Positions 45,723 through 55,636 of a stretch of DNA of 64,000 nucleotides are shown here, one piece after another. Every line of letters starts with the position of its first letter. Positions within the stretch are counted from its first letter, which is position 1. The notes below the pieces were generated by a model that did no database searches, had not been told where the DNA came from, and was given only the letters and a program-made list of their open reading frames with translations. The stretch is from Polyangiaceae bacterium (lineage in GTDB: Bacteria; Myxococcota_A; Polyangia; Polyangiales; Polyangiaceae): NCBI GenBank assembly GCA_050287085.1, contig JBNKBE010000004.1:192288-256287 (forward strand), in the 5' to 3' direction. The position numbers and the translations under genes were made by a program.

Positions 45723-46659
45723 GGTGCAGGCGGAGCTGCCAGCGGCGCCAGCGCCTGTGAACACCCCGTCGAATCCGGCGCCGTCCGGAGTTGTGGTGGT
45801 GGACAAGCCCGAGGGGCCCACGAGTTTTCAAGTGGTAGCTCAGGCGAGGCGCGTGTTCGGCACCCGTCGCATCGGTCACGCGGGCACGCTCGATCCGATG
45901 GCCACCGGCGTGCTGTTGCTGCTGGTGGGCGAGGCCGCCAAGCTGTCGGAGTATCTTACCGGTCAGAACAAGGCCTACGAGGCGACGATCGAATTCGGGG
46001 TGGAAACCGATACGCTGGACCGCCAAGGCTCGGTCGTGGCACAGCGGACGATCTCGCCCGGCGAGCTAACACGTCAGCGCGTGGAGTTTGCGCTGCAGCA
46101 GGAACTGACCCGGACCGAGCAGGTGCCGCCCAGCTATTCGGCACTCAAGGTGGAGGGCCGACGCGCCTACGCTCTCAGTCGTAGTGGGCAAGAGGTGCAA
46201 CTGGCACCTCGCGCCGTCCGACTGCATGCCGCGCAGATCTTGGAGTTCTCCGGCGTTCTTCTGCGCTTGGCCATCAAGAGCTCCAAGGGGTACTACGTGC
46301 GCGCGCTGGCGCGTGATCTGGGTGCAGCCCTCGGAGTCCCCGCGCACCTCAGCGCTTTGCGGCGCACGGAGAGTGGCCCGTTCTCCCTGGACGACGCTTG
46401 CGCCTGGCCGCCGGAGTCCCCACCCCCACTGCTAGATTGCGCGGCGGCGGCTCGCGCAGCATTGCCCTGTGTTACCTTGACGGACGCGGGTGTTCTCTTT
46501 GCGCGACAGGGCAAGAAGCTGCAGCGTGAGGACTTCACCACGCCCCCACCCGAGACGATGGGCGCGTGGCTCAACGCTGAGGGAGCGCTGGTGGCGCTGG
46601 GCTATCGGGACGAGACGGGCTTCCGAGTGAAGCGAGGCTTTACCGAAGTGGTTCGCTAA
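45703..46659 (+). CDS. truB: tRNA pseudouridine(55) synthase (start uncertain, 45703-45757)
   Basis: VDKPEGPTS, GHAGTLDPMATGVL, ETDTLD, QVPPSYSALK, SKGYYVRALARD. Confidence 0.95.
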   Translation: MRLPRSEVQAELPAAPAPVNTPSNPAPSGVVVVDKPEGPTSFQVVAQARRVFGTRRIGHAGTLDPMATGVLLLLVGEAAKLSEYLTGQNKAYEATIEFGVETDTLDRQGSVVAQRTISPGELTRQRVEFALQQELTRTEQVPPSYSALKVEGRRAYALSRSGQEVQLAPRAVRLHAAQILEFSGVLLRLAIKSSKGYYVRALARDLGAALGVPAHLSALRRTESGPFSLDDACAWPPESPPPLLDCAAAARAALPCVTLTDAGVLFARQGKKLQREDFTTPPPETMGAWLNAEGALVALGYRDETGFRVKRGFTEVVR

Positions 46660-46694
46660 TTCCGGCGGGTGGGAGCAGAACGGGCGGCGGCCGA

Positions 46695-47558
46695 TCAGGC
46701 TCTGAGGTAGGTGGGGCGAGACCCGGAAGGTGGGGGGCTCGGCTCAGCCATCGGGAGCGCGGCCCGTGGGAAAGCCCGTGGGGTCACGGTCTCTGGGGTT
46801 GGCGCCTGCAGCGTCACAGTTCGAACCGCTCCGACGTCTCGCAACTGAGCTACGATTTCATCCCCGCGCAGCGCTGCCCCTCCCGGAAGGAACAACTCCA
46901 CACAGACGCCGGCTTCCGGCGTGTAGGCAAACGAGAGCTCCGCGCCGGCGAGTTCACCCACTCCACCGACCTCCAGCTTGAGCTCGTGGGAGCGCCCGGC
47001 GCGGGTATGCCAGAAGCGCCGTACCCAGCCGTCCGCGAGCACCGCAGCCTGGGCGGCCGCGCCCTGGACTGGGGTCGGTGTGCAAGGGGCTTCACCGAGT
47101 AGCGAGCCAGCGCCCGTACTCGGTGGCAGCGCCCCAGACATGGCAGGGCTGCTCGGCTCCCCGAAGGGGACGGGCTCCGCGGCGTCGCGGCCGGGTGTGT
47201 CCTGCTCGCTGGCATCCGCCGCTGGAGCTTCGCTCACCGCCGAAGGCGCCCAGCCGCCGGGTGCGTGAGTCGGAGCGCGCCCCAGAGCGAAGCGCTGCGG
47301 GTCATCGTGTCCCGCTTCGGACATAGGCCATGGGGCCGGTAGGGTGCCAACTTGGAGCTGTCCCGGGCCCTGCAGCGCGCTCCTTCCCGACTGCCGGGCG
47401 CTCTGCAAAATGTCTTTGAAGTCGGGGTGTGAGCGCTCGCTTGGGGCCTGACTGGGGCGGCGTTGAGGGGCGCTTCCGAGATCACGGGGGGCGAGGGAGG
47501 AGTTGGCTTGCACCCTGCGCCTTCGCCCCGGCGCTTCCCCAGTTGCGCGCTTCGGCAT
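46695..47558 (-). CDS. Hypothetical protein, Pro/Ala-rich with a small C-terminal alpha/beta domain
   Basis: ATG ORF fills the gap between truB and the CBS gene. Confidence 0.5.
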   Translation of the reverse strand: MPKRATGEAPGRRRRVQANSSLAPRDLGSAPQRRPSQAPSERSHPDFKDILQSARQSGRSALQGPGQLQVGTLPAPWPMSEAGHDDPQRFALGRAPTHAPGGWAPSAVSEAPAADASEQDTPGRDAAEPVPFGEPSSPAMSGALPPSTGAGSLLGEAPCTPTPVQGAAAQAAVLADGWVRRFWHTRAGRSHELKLEVGGVGELAGAELSFAYTPEAGVCVELFLPGGAALRGDEIVAQLRDVGAVRTVTLQAPTPETVTPRAFPRAALPMAEPSPPPSGSRPTYLRA

Positions 47559-47671
47559 GGAACTTCTGCTTCCCTCGGGGACCGGAGGCGCTTATGCTTG
47601 TTCGAGTCGGGCTTTTCCGACCACGGCTTGGAGCGGTCGTCAAGGCCCATTGCCATGGCTCCGCTGGTACA

Positions 47672-48925
47672 TTGGAACCTCCAGAACCTTCGCTGGTCCT
47701 CATAGGACTTTTGCCCGTCATCCCCGCCGCCCTATTTGCCGCGTGTTCCGCGGTATTGGGAGCGGTGCCCAAGGCGCGCCTGGCCGCTGTACACGAGACC
47801 TTGAGCGGAAAACGTCGCTGGGCCGTGGGCAGGTTTCTTGAAACCGAAGAGCGGATCCGTGCACGCTGGTTGGTGTGGATAGCCACAGCCTTGCTCGCGT
47901 CCTGCGCCCTGCTGGTGAGTTGTGGAGTGAGTGCCTGGGCCGCCGCCGGTTTGAGCCTGGGTGCTTTTGTCCCCTTAGCGTTGATGCTTCGGGCCATTGG
48001 GACCGGAAATGCCGACGCCCACGTGAGCACGTGGCTCTTGATTGCGGCGCCGCTGGACAGCCTCTTGCTGCCCCTAGTTGATCCCTGGGTGGCCCTATTC
48101 GCTCCACTCCGTCGTATGGGCGGCGCCCGCGCGGCGCTCGGGCCTGACATTGCGGGGAGCGAAGTCGAGATCCTCGTCAGCGAAGGGGAGCAACGGGGTG
48201 CATTCGATCACGAGCAGTCGGAGATGCTGCGCAACGTGCTCGACTTCGGGCAGACGCAGATTGGCGAGTTGATGGTGCCGCGCATGCAGGTGACGGCCAT
48301 TGCTCTAGCGACCCCCGTCGACGAATTGCTCAAGCTGGTCGCTCAAAGCGAACACTCCCGTTATCCGGTTTATCGCGAAGCCATCGATAACATCGTGGGC
48401 ATTCTTCATCTGAAGGATCTCTTTCTATTCATGTCGCGCACGAAGAGCAGCAACATAGTGCTCGAGCAGTTGCTGCGAAAGGCGGCCTTCTCCCCGGAGA
48501 CCCAACCCGCGTCCAAGGTGCTGGAGGAAATGCGCGCAGGGGGCCACCACATGAGCATCGTCATCGACGAATACGGCGGGATGAGCGGCATCGTCACCCT
48601 GGAGGACCTGCTCGAAGAGATCGTGGGCGATATTCGAGATGAATACGACGACGAAGATCCGCCCATCGTTAGGCTGAAGAACGGCGCAGTCCTCGTCGAC
48701 GCCAGTGTGCCGATAGCTGAGCTCGAAAGAGAGGCCGGCATCGAGCTGCCCGATAGTGGAGAGTACAACTCGGTCGGCGGCTTTGTCGTCGAGGAGTTGG
48801 GGTGTGTGCCCGAAGCGGGCACAGTCTTCGAGCATCAAGGGTTTCGCTTCACGGTGCGCACGGCTGATGAGCGGCGCGTCTCGAAGGTCGAGATCTTCCC
48901 GCTCATGCTACAGGCTACCGGCTAG
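47672..48925 (+). CDS. Hemolysin/CNNM family protein (TM domain + CBS pair + CorC domain); start uncertain
   Basis: Hydrophobic N-terminus, LMVPR, HSRYPVY, IVGILHLKD, VIDEYGGMSGIVTLEDLLEEIVGDIRDEYD. Confidence 0.9.
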   Translation: MEPPEPSLVLIGLLPVIPAALFAACSAVLGAVPKARLAAVHETLSGKRRWAVGRFLETEERIRARWLVWIATALLASCALLVSCGVSAWAAAGLSLGAFVPLALMLRAIGTGNADAHVSTWLLIAAPLDSLLLPLVDPWVALFAPLRRMGGARAALGPDIAGSEVEILVSEGEQRGAFDHEQSEMLRNVLDFGQTQIGELMVPRMQVTAIALATPVDELLKLVAQSEHSRYPVYREAIDNIVGILHLKDLFLFMSRTKSSNIVLEQLLRKAAFSPETQPASKVLEEMRAGGHHMSIVIDEYGGMSGIVTLEDLLEEIVGDIRDEYDDEDPPIVRLKNGAVLVDASVPIAELEREAGIELPDSGEYNSVGGFVVEELGCVPEAGTVFEHQGFRFTVRTADERRVSKVEIFPLMLQATG

Positions 48926-49056
48926 GGGCAACCCTAAGCCAGCGACAGGGTTCTGTCCGAGCGACGCGGGCGTTGTCTCAGGGGCAGCGGCGGGTCAAGA
49001 GGCGGCACCAGGCCGCCATTGGCCTAGCGGCAGCTGCGCTGGCACCTGGCGCCCCC

Positions 49057-49104
49057 GAGTGCTCGAGCCATAGAGTGCTCGAGCCATAGAGTGCTCGAGC
49101 CATA
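49057..49104. repeat. Perfect 16-bp tandem repeat x3 (GAGTGCTCGAGCCATA)
   Basis: Three identical units between convergent genes. Confidence 0.92.
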
Positions 49105-49134
49105 AGAAAAGGCGACCCTTTCGAGTCGCCCTTT
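49105..49134 (-). terminator. Intrinsic terminator for the 49177-50457 gene
   Basis: Minus strand ggcgactc-GAAA-gggtcgcc-TTTTCTT. Confidence 0.75.
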
Positions 49135-49176
49135 CGATATTCCAGAAACCCGCCAGCTAAGGGCGGCGGGCCGTGT

Positions 49177-50457
49177 TCAGCCGGGACCACCAATCTTGCG
49201 GAGCTGATCCGAAAGATCGTTGCCTAGGTCAAGCAGTCCCTTCACCGGACGGGCTTCGTTGCGCGTGTCCCCATTGATCTCTAAGCGGAGATCGTAGAGA
49301 GCGCTCTGCAGCTGCCCGGTGAAGTTGTTGGGACATACCTGGCTTTCCGTGCTCGGGTCGACGGGCAGTGCTTCCGCGTCTCCCCGGGAGAGATCACCCT
49401 TGGTGTAACGGTGCACCTTGGCCAGCTCACTCGGCCAATCTTTTCCGAGTTCAAAGGCTGGATCCAACGGGGTCAGTTTTATCCACGGTCCTTTCGGACC
49501 CGAGGCAACAACTGCACCCCAGTGGGCCTTGGGGGCTGTCTTCTCAGCGGCAACGGTCTCGAACTGCGTCTTGACCGCGCCAAAGAGGCGCCGAACCTTG
49601 TCGCGTTGGGCTTCTGTCCTCTCGACCGCATTGGTGTATTGCAGGAGGAGGGTTACGGCGGTTTGGTTGAAACGCCCAATTCCCTTGCCCACCAGATTGG
49701 ACCCGTCAAACGGGATATCTAGGCCGCCCAAAGCCTCGATTTCACTCGACGGGTATTCCCCCGCCGAAACGCGTTCGAAGGCCTTCTTCAACAAGTCCTC
49801 CAGCTTTGAAGCTTCCTGGTTCGCCTTGTCGATCTCCGTGATCAGCGACTGAGCTCCCTCGATGGCCGCGGCGGCGCCTTCGTTGCCCTTGACGCCCTGC
49901 CCGATGACAAAGCCAAGACCCATGCCGATTACGGCGGTGGACAAAGCGAGCATCATCGTCTTCTTGCGCCCCGCCTTGCGTGCAGCGATGACCTCTTCCC
50001 CCATGTCCATGCGGATCTGCAGAGGAGCGGCTGCTATTGGCGCTGCGGGGATTGCCGCCGCTGCGGTGGGGAGCGAGCCGGGGATCGCGGCGGGGGCAGC
50101 CGGTGTCGATGGCACCCCGAAGCCACGTGGCGGCGGGACGGAGATGCCACCAAAGCCACTGGGAGCTGCCGCAGGTTCACGACGGACCGCCGCGCCCACG
50201 GGACCCGGAGCTGGCTGCGTGCTGAGCCCGGGCAAGGGACTCTGCGAAGGTGTCGCAAGCACTGGAGGTGCGGCGGCCGGCAGACCCTCTCCGGGAGCCG
50301 ATGCGTCCGCGCCGGAAGGAAAGGCAGCGGGTGGAATACCACTTGCCCCGGACGACACATCGGTGGGGACCTGAGCCGGAGGTGGAGCAGCGCTTGGAGC
50401 GCCGGATTTACGCCCTAGACGGGCTTTGAGGTCAATTTTGGGCTTTGCTGCGGCCAT
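49177..50457 (-). CDS. Hypothetical bitopic membrane protein (Pro-rich N-terminus, one TM, helical C-terminal domain)
   Basis: GGAG RBS, own terminator, TM LALSTAVIGMGLGFVIG. Confidence 0.78.
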   Translation of the reverse strand: MAAAKPKIDLKARLGRKSGAPSAAPPPAQVPTDVSSGASGIPPAAFPSGADASAPGEGLPAAAPPVLATPSQSPLPGLSTQPAPGPVGAAVRREPAAAPSGFGGISVPPPRGFGVPSTPAAPAAIPGSLPTAAAAIPAAPIAAAPLQIRMDMGEEVIAARKAGRKKTMMLALSTAVIGMGLGFVIGQGVKGNEGAAAAIEGAQSLITEIDKANQEASKLEDLLKKAFERVSAGEYPSSEIEALGGLDIPFDGSNLVGKGIGRFNQTAVTLLLQYTNAVERTEAQRDKVRRLFGAVKTQFETVAAEKTAPKAHWGAVVASGPKGPWIKLTPLDPAFELGKDWPSELAKVHRYTKGDLSRGDAEALPVDPSTESQVCPNNFTGQLQSALYDLRLEINGDTRNEARPVKGLLDLGNDLSDQLRKIGGPG

Positions 50458-50708
50458 CTAACTCCTCAAACTCTCGCGAGCGGGGTGAATTTCATTACCG
50501 TCACAGCATAATTGGACGGGCCGACACCCTAGCCATGGGCCCTCATTTGGGCAACATGAATTACACCGTCCTCGGAGCGCCTTGCCCGACGGCCGGACGC
50601 CAGCGGAGCCGCTCCTTCCATCCAGGGTGTGGAATTTTCTCGATACCGGCGTTGGTTCGTGGCGTGCTCCCGCGGCCTGCTTCACTGCGGTTGAGCGCTC
50701 AAGACCTC

Positions 50709-51359
50709 ATGCGTCCCATTCTCTTCCTTGATAGCTATGACTCGTTTTCGGCTAGCCTGGTCGATCTCTGCCACCAAGCCGGAGCTAGCGTGGAGATGGT
50801 CCCCAACGACAGCGCGATCTGGAACGACGACTGGTCGGCGGAGGCGCTGGCCGAGCGCTGGGCCGGGATCATCCTGGGCCCCGGGCCTGGACGTCCCGAG
50901 AGCGCGGGGGTGATGATGCCCCTGCTCAGGTGGAGCCACGGCAGGGTGCCGGTGTTGGGGATCTGCTTGGGACATCAGGCGATTGCCCTTCACCATGGCG
51001 CTTCGCTGCGCCACGTGGCCGAGGCGCGGCATGGCACCCGCGTGGCCGTATCACACCGAAGTCAGGGGCTCTTCGCGACCTTGCCGAGTCCTATTGGCGT
51101 CGGCGTCTACAATTCGCTCACGGTCGACGCGAGCACGCTCCCGGCGACGCTGGAGGTCCAGGCGCTGGCACCGGACGGTGAGGTGATGGCGCTCGCCGCC
51201 CCTGGCGAACTCGTGCTGGGCCTCCAGTTTCACCCGGAATCGGCGCTTTCCGAGTTTGGTCTCGAGCTGGTCCGGGCGTGGTTTGCTGCGGTTTGCGCGG
51301 AGGTAAGGCCCCCAAGAGAGGTCCGTGGGGCTTCCAAGGTCACGCGCCGCGGGGTATGA
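50709..51359 (+). CDS. trpG: Anthranilate synthase component II / PabA-type glutamine amidotransferase
   Basis: LDSYDSF, GPGPGRP, GICLGHQ, QFHPES; upstream of trpD-trpC. Confidence 0.88.
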   Translation: MRPILFLDSYDSFSASLVDLCHQAGASVEMVPNDSAIWNDDWSAEALAERWAGIILGPGPGRPESAGVMMPLLRWSHGRVPVLGICLGHQAIALHHGASLRHVAEARHGTRVAVSHRSQGLFATLPSPIGVGVYNSLTVDASTLPATLEVQALAPDGEVMALAAPGELVLGLQFHPESALSEFGLELVRAWFAAVCAEVRPPREVRGASKVTRRGV

Positions 51360-51371
51360 GGACACGTTCTC

Positions 51372-52433
51372 ATGACCTCGCCTCCTCCCCTTTCCTTTCC
51401 GTCGGCGTTCGATCGGCTCACTCGAGGCACCCTCGGGCTCGAGCTGGCGCGGCAAGCATTTGATACGATTCTCACCGGCGGCTGGACGCCGGTGCAGATC
51501 GCTGCTTTCCTCGCCGCGCTGGCTATTCGGGGGGAAGACGCCGCCACGATTGCTGGAGCCGCCCAGTCGATGCGCGCTGCGATGCTACGGGTTCCTCATT
51601 CCCAAGCCGTCGTCTTGGACACCTGTGGTACGGGCGGCGACGGATCCGGGACTGTCAATCTTTCCACCGGCGCCGCGATCATCGCTGCAGCCTGTGGCGT
51701 AACGGTTGCAAAACACGGCAACCGAGCCGTTTCGAGCCGCGCCGGGAGCGCCGACGTACTCGAGGCGCTGGGCATTCGGACGCAGCTTCCGGCGAGTGCC
51801 GCGCCGCGTCTCTTGGATGAACTACACCTGGCTTTCCTTCTAGCTCCAACCTTTCATCCGGCGATGCGTTTTGCGGTGCCCGTGCGCAAGGAGCTGGGAG
51901 TTCGCACGTTGTTCAACGTGTTGGGTCCACTTTGCAACCCCGCGGGCGCCACCCATCAGCTGCTTGGGGCTTTCGACGATGCTTTGCGCCCCGTGCTGGC
52001 GAATACGCTCCAGGCGTTAGGCACTCAGCGAGCTTGGGTGGTGCGCGGTCGCGACGGTCTAGACGAACTTTCGCCTTATGGTCCGACGCTCGTCACCGAA
52101 CTCGCCGGTGGCGTCCTGACCGAGCTCGAGGTAGGTCCCGGCGACTTCGGATTGCCCGTGGCTGAGCCTGGTTCCGCCGCGGGCGGCGACGCTGCGGAGA
52201 ACGCCGGCATCATCGAAGCAGTCCTAAACGGCGAGGCGCATCCTGCTCGTAGCGCGTTCTTGCTCAACGCAGCGGGGGCTTTGGTTGTGGCGCAGGGGTT
52301 GCCGCCGCGGGAGGCCAGCGCGGCGGCAACGAAAGCCGTCGACTCGGGGGCGGCGGCGCTCAAGCTAGCAGCGTGGCGCGAGCACAGCACGCGGGCGTTT
52401 GAAGAGGCGAAGTCGGCGGGCGAGTCAGCATGA
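51372..52433 (+). CDS. trpD: Anthranilate phosphoribosyltransferase
   Basis: DTCGTGGDG, NLST, KHGNRAVSSRAGSADVLEALG, FHPAM, GPLCNP, DGLDE. Confidence 0.96.
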   Translation: MTSPPPLSFPSAFDRLTRGTLGLELARQAFDTILTGGWTPVQIAAFLAALAIRGEDAATIAGAAQSMRAAMLRVPHSQAVVLDTCGTGGDGSGTVNLSTGAAIIAAACGVTVAKHGNRAVSSRAGSADVLEALGIRTQLPASAAPRLLDELHLAFLLAPTFHPAMRFAVPVRKELGVRTLFNVLGPLCNPAGATHQLLGAFDDALRPVLANTLQALGTQRAWVVRGRDGLDELSPYGPTLVTELAGGVLTELEVGPGDFGLPVAEPGSAAGGDAAENAGIIEAVLNGEAHPARSAFLLNAAGALVVAQGLPPREASAAATKAVDSGAAALKLAAWREHSTRAFEEAKSAGESA

Positions 52434-53218
52434 CCGAACGCAGTCAGTTGGGTCGGATCCTGGCCGCCAAGCGCGCTGAACTGCCAGCGCTGCGCCGGAA
52501 GCGTTTTGGTTCCGAGTTTGTCCCCCGACCCTTCGAGCTGACGGGGCCCGGCGTCTCATTGTTGGCTGAGATCAAGTTTCGTTCTCCGTCTGCCGGAGCC
52601 CTTTCTACGGTTCTCAGCGCGGGTCAACGCGCACGCGCCTACGAAGAGGCGGGCGCCCGTATGGTCAGTGTCTTGTGCGACGAGCCGTTTTTTGCGGGCG
52701 GCTACGATAAGCTTCTCGACGCTCGCAGGAGCTGCGGGTTGCCCCTGTTGTGCAAGGAGTTCATCATCGACGAAAGCCAACTGGACGCTGCGCGTGGGAG
52801 TGGTGCCGACGCCGTCCTGCTGATCGTGCGGTGTTTGGACGACGAGCAGCTTGCCCATCTGTACCGGGCATCGGTAGCGCGGGGACTGGCACCGCTGGTT
52901 GAGGTTCATTCCCCGACGGAGCGACAGCGAGCGATCGACGTGGGAGCCACGCTGATCGGGGTCAACGCTCGTGATCTCGACACCCTCGTCATGGACGCGG
53001 TCGGTGCTGCGCAGGTCTTGGCCTCGCTGCCACCCGGTTGCACTCGCGTTCACTTGTCGGGGATACGCTCCCCCGGCGATGTCTCCGCCCTGCGAGGTCG
53101 GGCCGAGGCCGCGCTGATCGGGGAGACCCTGATGCGGCAAGACGATCCTAGGCCGCTGCTTCGCGAGCTGGTTGCCGCTGGGATCGCGCCCCTGCCCGCT
53201 GCCGCACCCAGCCGCTAG
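52430..53218 (+). CDS. trpC: Indole-3-glycerol phosphate synthase
   Basis: AEIKFRSPSAG, SVLCDEPFF.G, CKEFII, GADAVLLI, LVEVH, GVNARDL, LIGETLM. Confidence 0.93.
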   Translation: MTERSQLGRILAAKRAELPALRRKRFGSEFVPRPFELTGPGVSLLAEIKFRSPSAGALSTVLSAGQRARAYEEAGARMVSVLCDEPFFAGGYDKLLDARRSCGLPLLCKEFIIDESQLDAARGSGADAVLLIVRCLDDEQLAHLYRASVARGLAPLVEVHSPTERQRAIDVGATLIGVNARDLDTLVMDAVGAAQVLASLPPGCTRVHLSGIRSPGDVSALRGRAEAALIGETLMRQDDPRPLLRELVAAGIAPLPAAAPSR

Positions 53219-53402
53219 TGCCCCGCACGGAAACGTCCGCCGCAGGGCGGGCTTCCGCGAAGAGTGGATACCGCCGCTGCGCCGGCAGGGCGCAGGTCCG
53301 AACTTGGCCCGACCTGGGCAGGGCCCCTATTCTTTTTTGCGCGTCAGGGATCGCTAGCTGTTTTCTCTAGCGCGCTGGGCCGGCCGGTTGCTGAGTATTC
53401 CC

Positions 53403-54272
53403 GTGCGAGTCAGCGAGTTCATCGACATCTACCTTTCGCACCTGCGTGTTGAGCGGGGGCTGGCAAGCAACACACTGCTTGCCTATGGGCGAGATCTCAA
53501 CCGGTTCGCAGCGTTTGCCCAAGACGCCGAGGTGGAGGCGATCGATCTGGAGCTGGTCGCCGACTTTCTGGCCGCGCTGCGGCGTGAAGGACTGGGCGCT
53601 CGGAGCGCCGCGCGATGCCTTTCTGCCCTGCGGGGGCTGATGCGTTTCTTGGTGCGCGAAGGGGCTACTGAGAATGACGCGACTCATTTGATCCAGCGTC
53701 CCAAGCTCGGTCGCCGCCTCCCAAAGCCGATCCCGCTTCGGGAGGTCCTGGCCTTGCTCGACGCGCCGGACAAGACATCACAACGAGGGCGGCGGGATCG
53801 GGCCTTGCTCAATCTCGCCTACGCGGCCGGACTGCGTGCCACGGAACTCGTGACTCTGCAAAAAGGCGAACTCGACCTCGAGCGGGGACTGGTCAGCGTG
53901 ACCGGAAAGGGCAACAAGAGGCGTCTTGTCCCCATTTCCAACAGCACCCGGCAGTGCCTACTAGAGCATCTGACAAGTCCCTCGAATACTGCTTCTCGCT
54001 ATCTATTCGCCGGGCCAAGCGGTCGCGCTCTGACCCGTCAGGCGCTGTGGAAGATCGTGCGGCGCTACGCGCTCAGGGCTGGGCTCCGAGGTCGCGTGCA
54101 CCCGCACCGGCTACGCCACTCGTTTGCGACCCATCTGCTAGCGGGGGGGGCTGATCTGCGCAGCGTTCAGCAGCTCTTGGGTCACTCAGACGTTTCAACG
54201 ACGGAAGTGTACACCCAGGTCTCGACAGATCTGGTACGAACCACCCATGAGCGCTCGCACCCCCGAGCTTGA
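53403..54272 (+). CDS. xerD: Tyrosine recombinase XerD-like
   Basis: ERGLASNTLLAYGRDL, RDRALL, YAAGLRATE, GKGNK.R, HPHRLRHSFATHLL.GGADLRSVQ.LLGH...TTEVYT. Confidence 0.88.
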   Translation: MRVSEFIDIYLSHLRVERGLASNTLLAYGRDLNRFAAFAQDAEVEAIDLELVADFLAALRREGLGARSAARCLSALRGLMRFLVREGATENDATHLIQRPKLGRRLPKPIPLREVLALLDAPDKTSQRGRRDRALLNLAYAAGLRATELVTLQKGELDLERGLVSVTGKGNKRRLVPISNSTRQCLLEHLTSPSNTASRYLFAGPSGRALTRQALWKIVRRYALRAGLRGRVHPHRLRHSFATHLLAGGADLRSVQQLLGHSDVSTTEVYTQVSTDLVRTTHERSHPRA

Positions 54273-55215
54273 AGGCAGCCCAGTGCGCCCTGATGCCCGG
54301 ACGCCTGGCCCGAGCGATAGAGGGGGTTCGTGGGGGCCTCCCTTTCCGTCGCCAGGCCCGGGTTTTTCGCTGCTGCGACCGACCACACACCCGCTGCCGA
54401 TCTTGGTTGAGGTGCCTCACGCAGGTTTGAGCGTCGACCCGCTGGCAATGGCGAGTCTGCACTGTCCGGTCAGCTCCCTCGGACGGGATGCAGATCTGTT
54501 CATGGACCTGGCCTGCGCGCCGCTAGTGCAGGCCGGAGCGCTTGTGCTGATCTCTCACGTCAGCCGCTACGTATGCGATCTGAATCGCGCACCCACTGCC
54601 TTCGAGCCCGCAGCGGCTCCAGGGGGCACGTTGTCCCACGCGCCCCACGGGCTCTTCTGGCTCCGCACCACCGAGGGGCATCCGGCTCTCAGGGCACCGC
54701 TTGATCCCGCGGAGGCAAAGCGACGGCTCGCCACCTATTACCACCCGTACCACGCGGCACTGGCTCACACCCTGGAGCAGCTGCGGGCTCAATTCGGCTT
54801 CGCTTTGCTCTTATGCGCCCACAGCATGCCTAGCCCTGGACGGGGCGGGCACCCCGGACAGGCCGCTCCGCTTGCCGATATTGTACCGGGCAGTCGTGGG
54901 GGGACGTCGGCTCATCCCTCTGTGATTGCGGTGGCCGAGCGGGCCGCGCAGCGCTGCGGGTTTTCCCTTCGACACGACGTTCCTTACGCTGGGGGCTACA
55001 GCACCGCGCACTACGGCTCTCCGACTACCGGCATCCACGCGCTGCAGCTCGAGGTGAATCGAGAGCGCTACATGAACGAAGCCACCTTGGAACTCGAGCC
55101 GCGGGGCTTTGGTCGCGTATGCGAGTACCTGCGCGAAGTGCTGCGGGACTGGAGCGCTCTCGATCCGATCCCCCTCCGCGGCACGAAAACCAGCATAACG
55201 ACCAAAATCGCTTGA
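54247..55215 (+). CDS. N-formylglutamate amidohydrolase family protein
   Basis: VEVPHAG, DAD, SRYVCDLNR, YHPYH, HSM, PYAGGY, HALQLEVNRERY. Confidence 0.9.
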   Translation: MSARTPELEGSPVRPDARTPGPSDRGGSWGPPFPSPGPGFSLLRPTTHPLPILVEVPHAGLSVDPLAMASLHCPVSSLGRDADLFMDLACAPLVQAGALVLISHVSRYVCDLNRAPTAFEPAAAPGGTLSHAPHGLFWLRTTEGHPALRAPLDPAEAKRRLATYYHPYHAALAHTLEQLRAQFGFALLLCAHSMPSPGRGGHPGQAAPLADIVPGSRGGTSAHPSVIAVAERAAQRCGFSLRHDVPYAGGYSTAHYGSPTTGIHALQLEVNRERYMNEATLELEPRGFGRVCEYLREVLRDWSALDPIPLRGTKTSITTKIA

Positions 55216-55251
55216 GTCGCGTGACGACCTCCGTTACGTTTCGCGCCCCCA

Positions 55252-55479
55252 ATGGCACGTAGCGAAATTACAGGCAAGCGGCGCATGGCTGCGCACCATG
55301 TTTCCCACTCGAACATCAAGACCAACCGTTGGCAACACGTCAACGTTCAGCGTCGTCGTCTCTGGGTCCCGGAGCTCGACCGTTTCGTCTCGCTGAAACT
55401 GACCACCCGCGACATCCGAACGATCGACAAGCTCGGTCTGCTCGAGTTCGCGAAGCGTCACGGCGTCAAGCTCGCCTAG
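55252..55479 (+). CDS. rpmB: 50S ribosomal protein L28
   Basis: MAR.EITGK, VSHSNIKT.R...N.Q, IRTIDK.G. Confidence 0.95.
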   Translation: MARSEITGKRRMAAHHVSHSNIKTNRWQHVNVQRRRLWVPELDRFVSLKLTTRDIRTIDKLGLLEFAKRHGVKLA

Positions 55480-55636
55480 TCGCGCTGGCGCCCGATCGGG
55501 CTTTTGCACCCTTCGAGCGCGCCCGGCCAATGGCCAAGGGCGCGCTGTTGGTGCTTTGTCTCGTAGCCAATTGCCCGCCCGCCGTCGCGGCGCCCGCCTC
55601 TCACAGGGCTGCGGCTGTTTCCGTGTGAGGGACGGC

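Noticed and set aside
53403..54272. Phage or island integrase
   Set aside because: Sequence is typical chromosomal XerD amid housekeeping genes; no att sites, tRNA or mobile cargo
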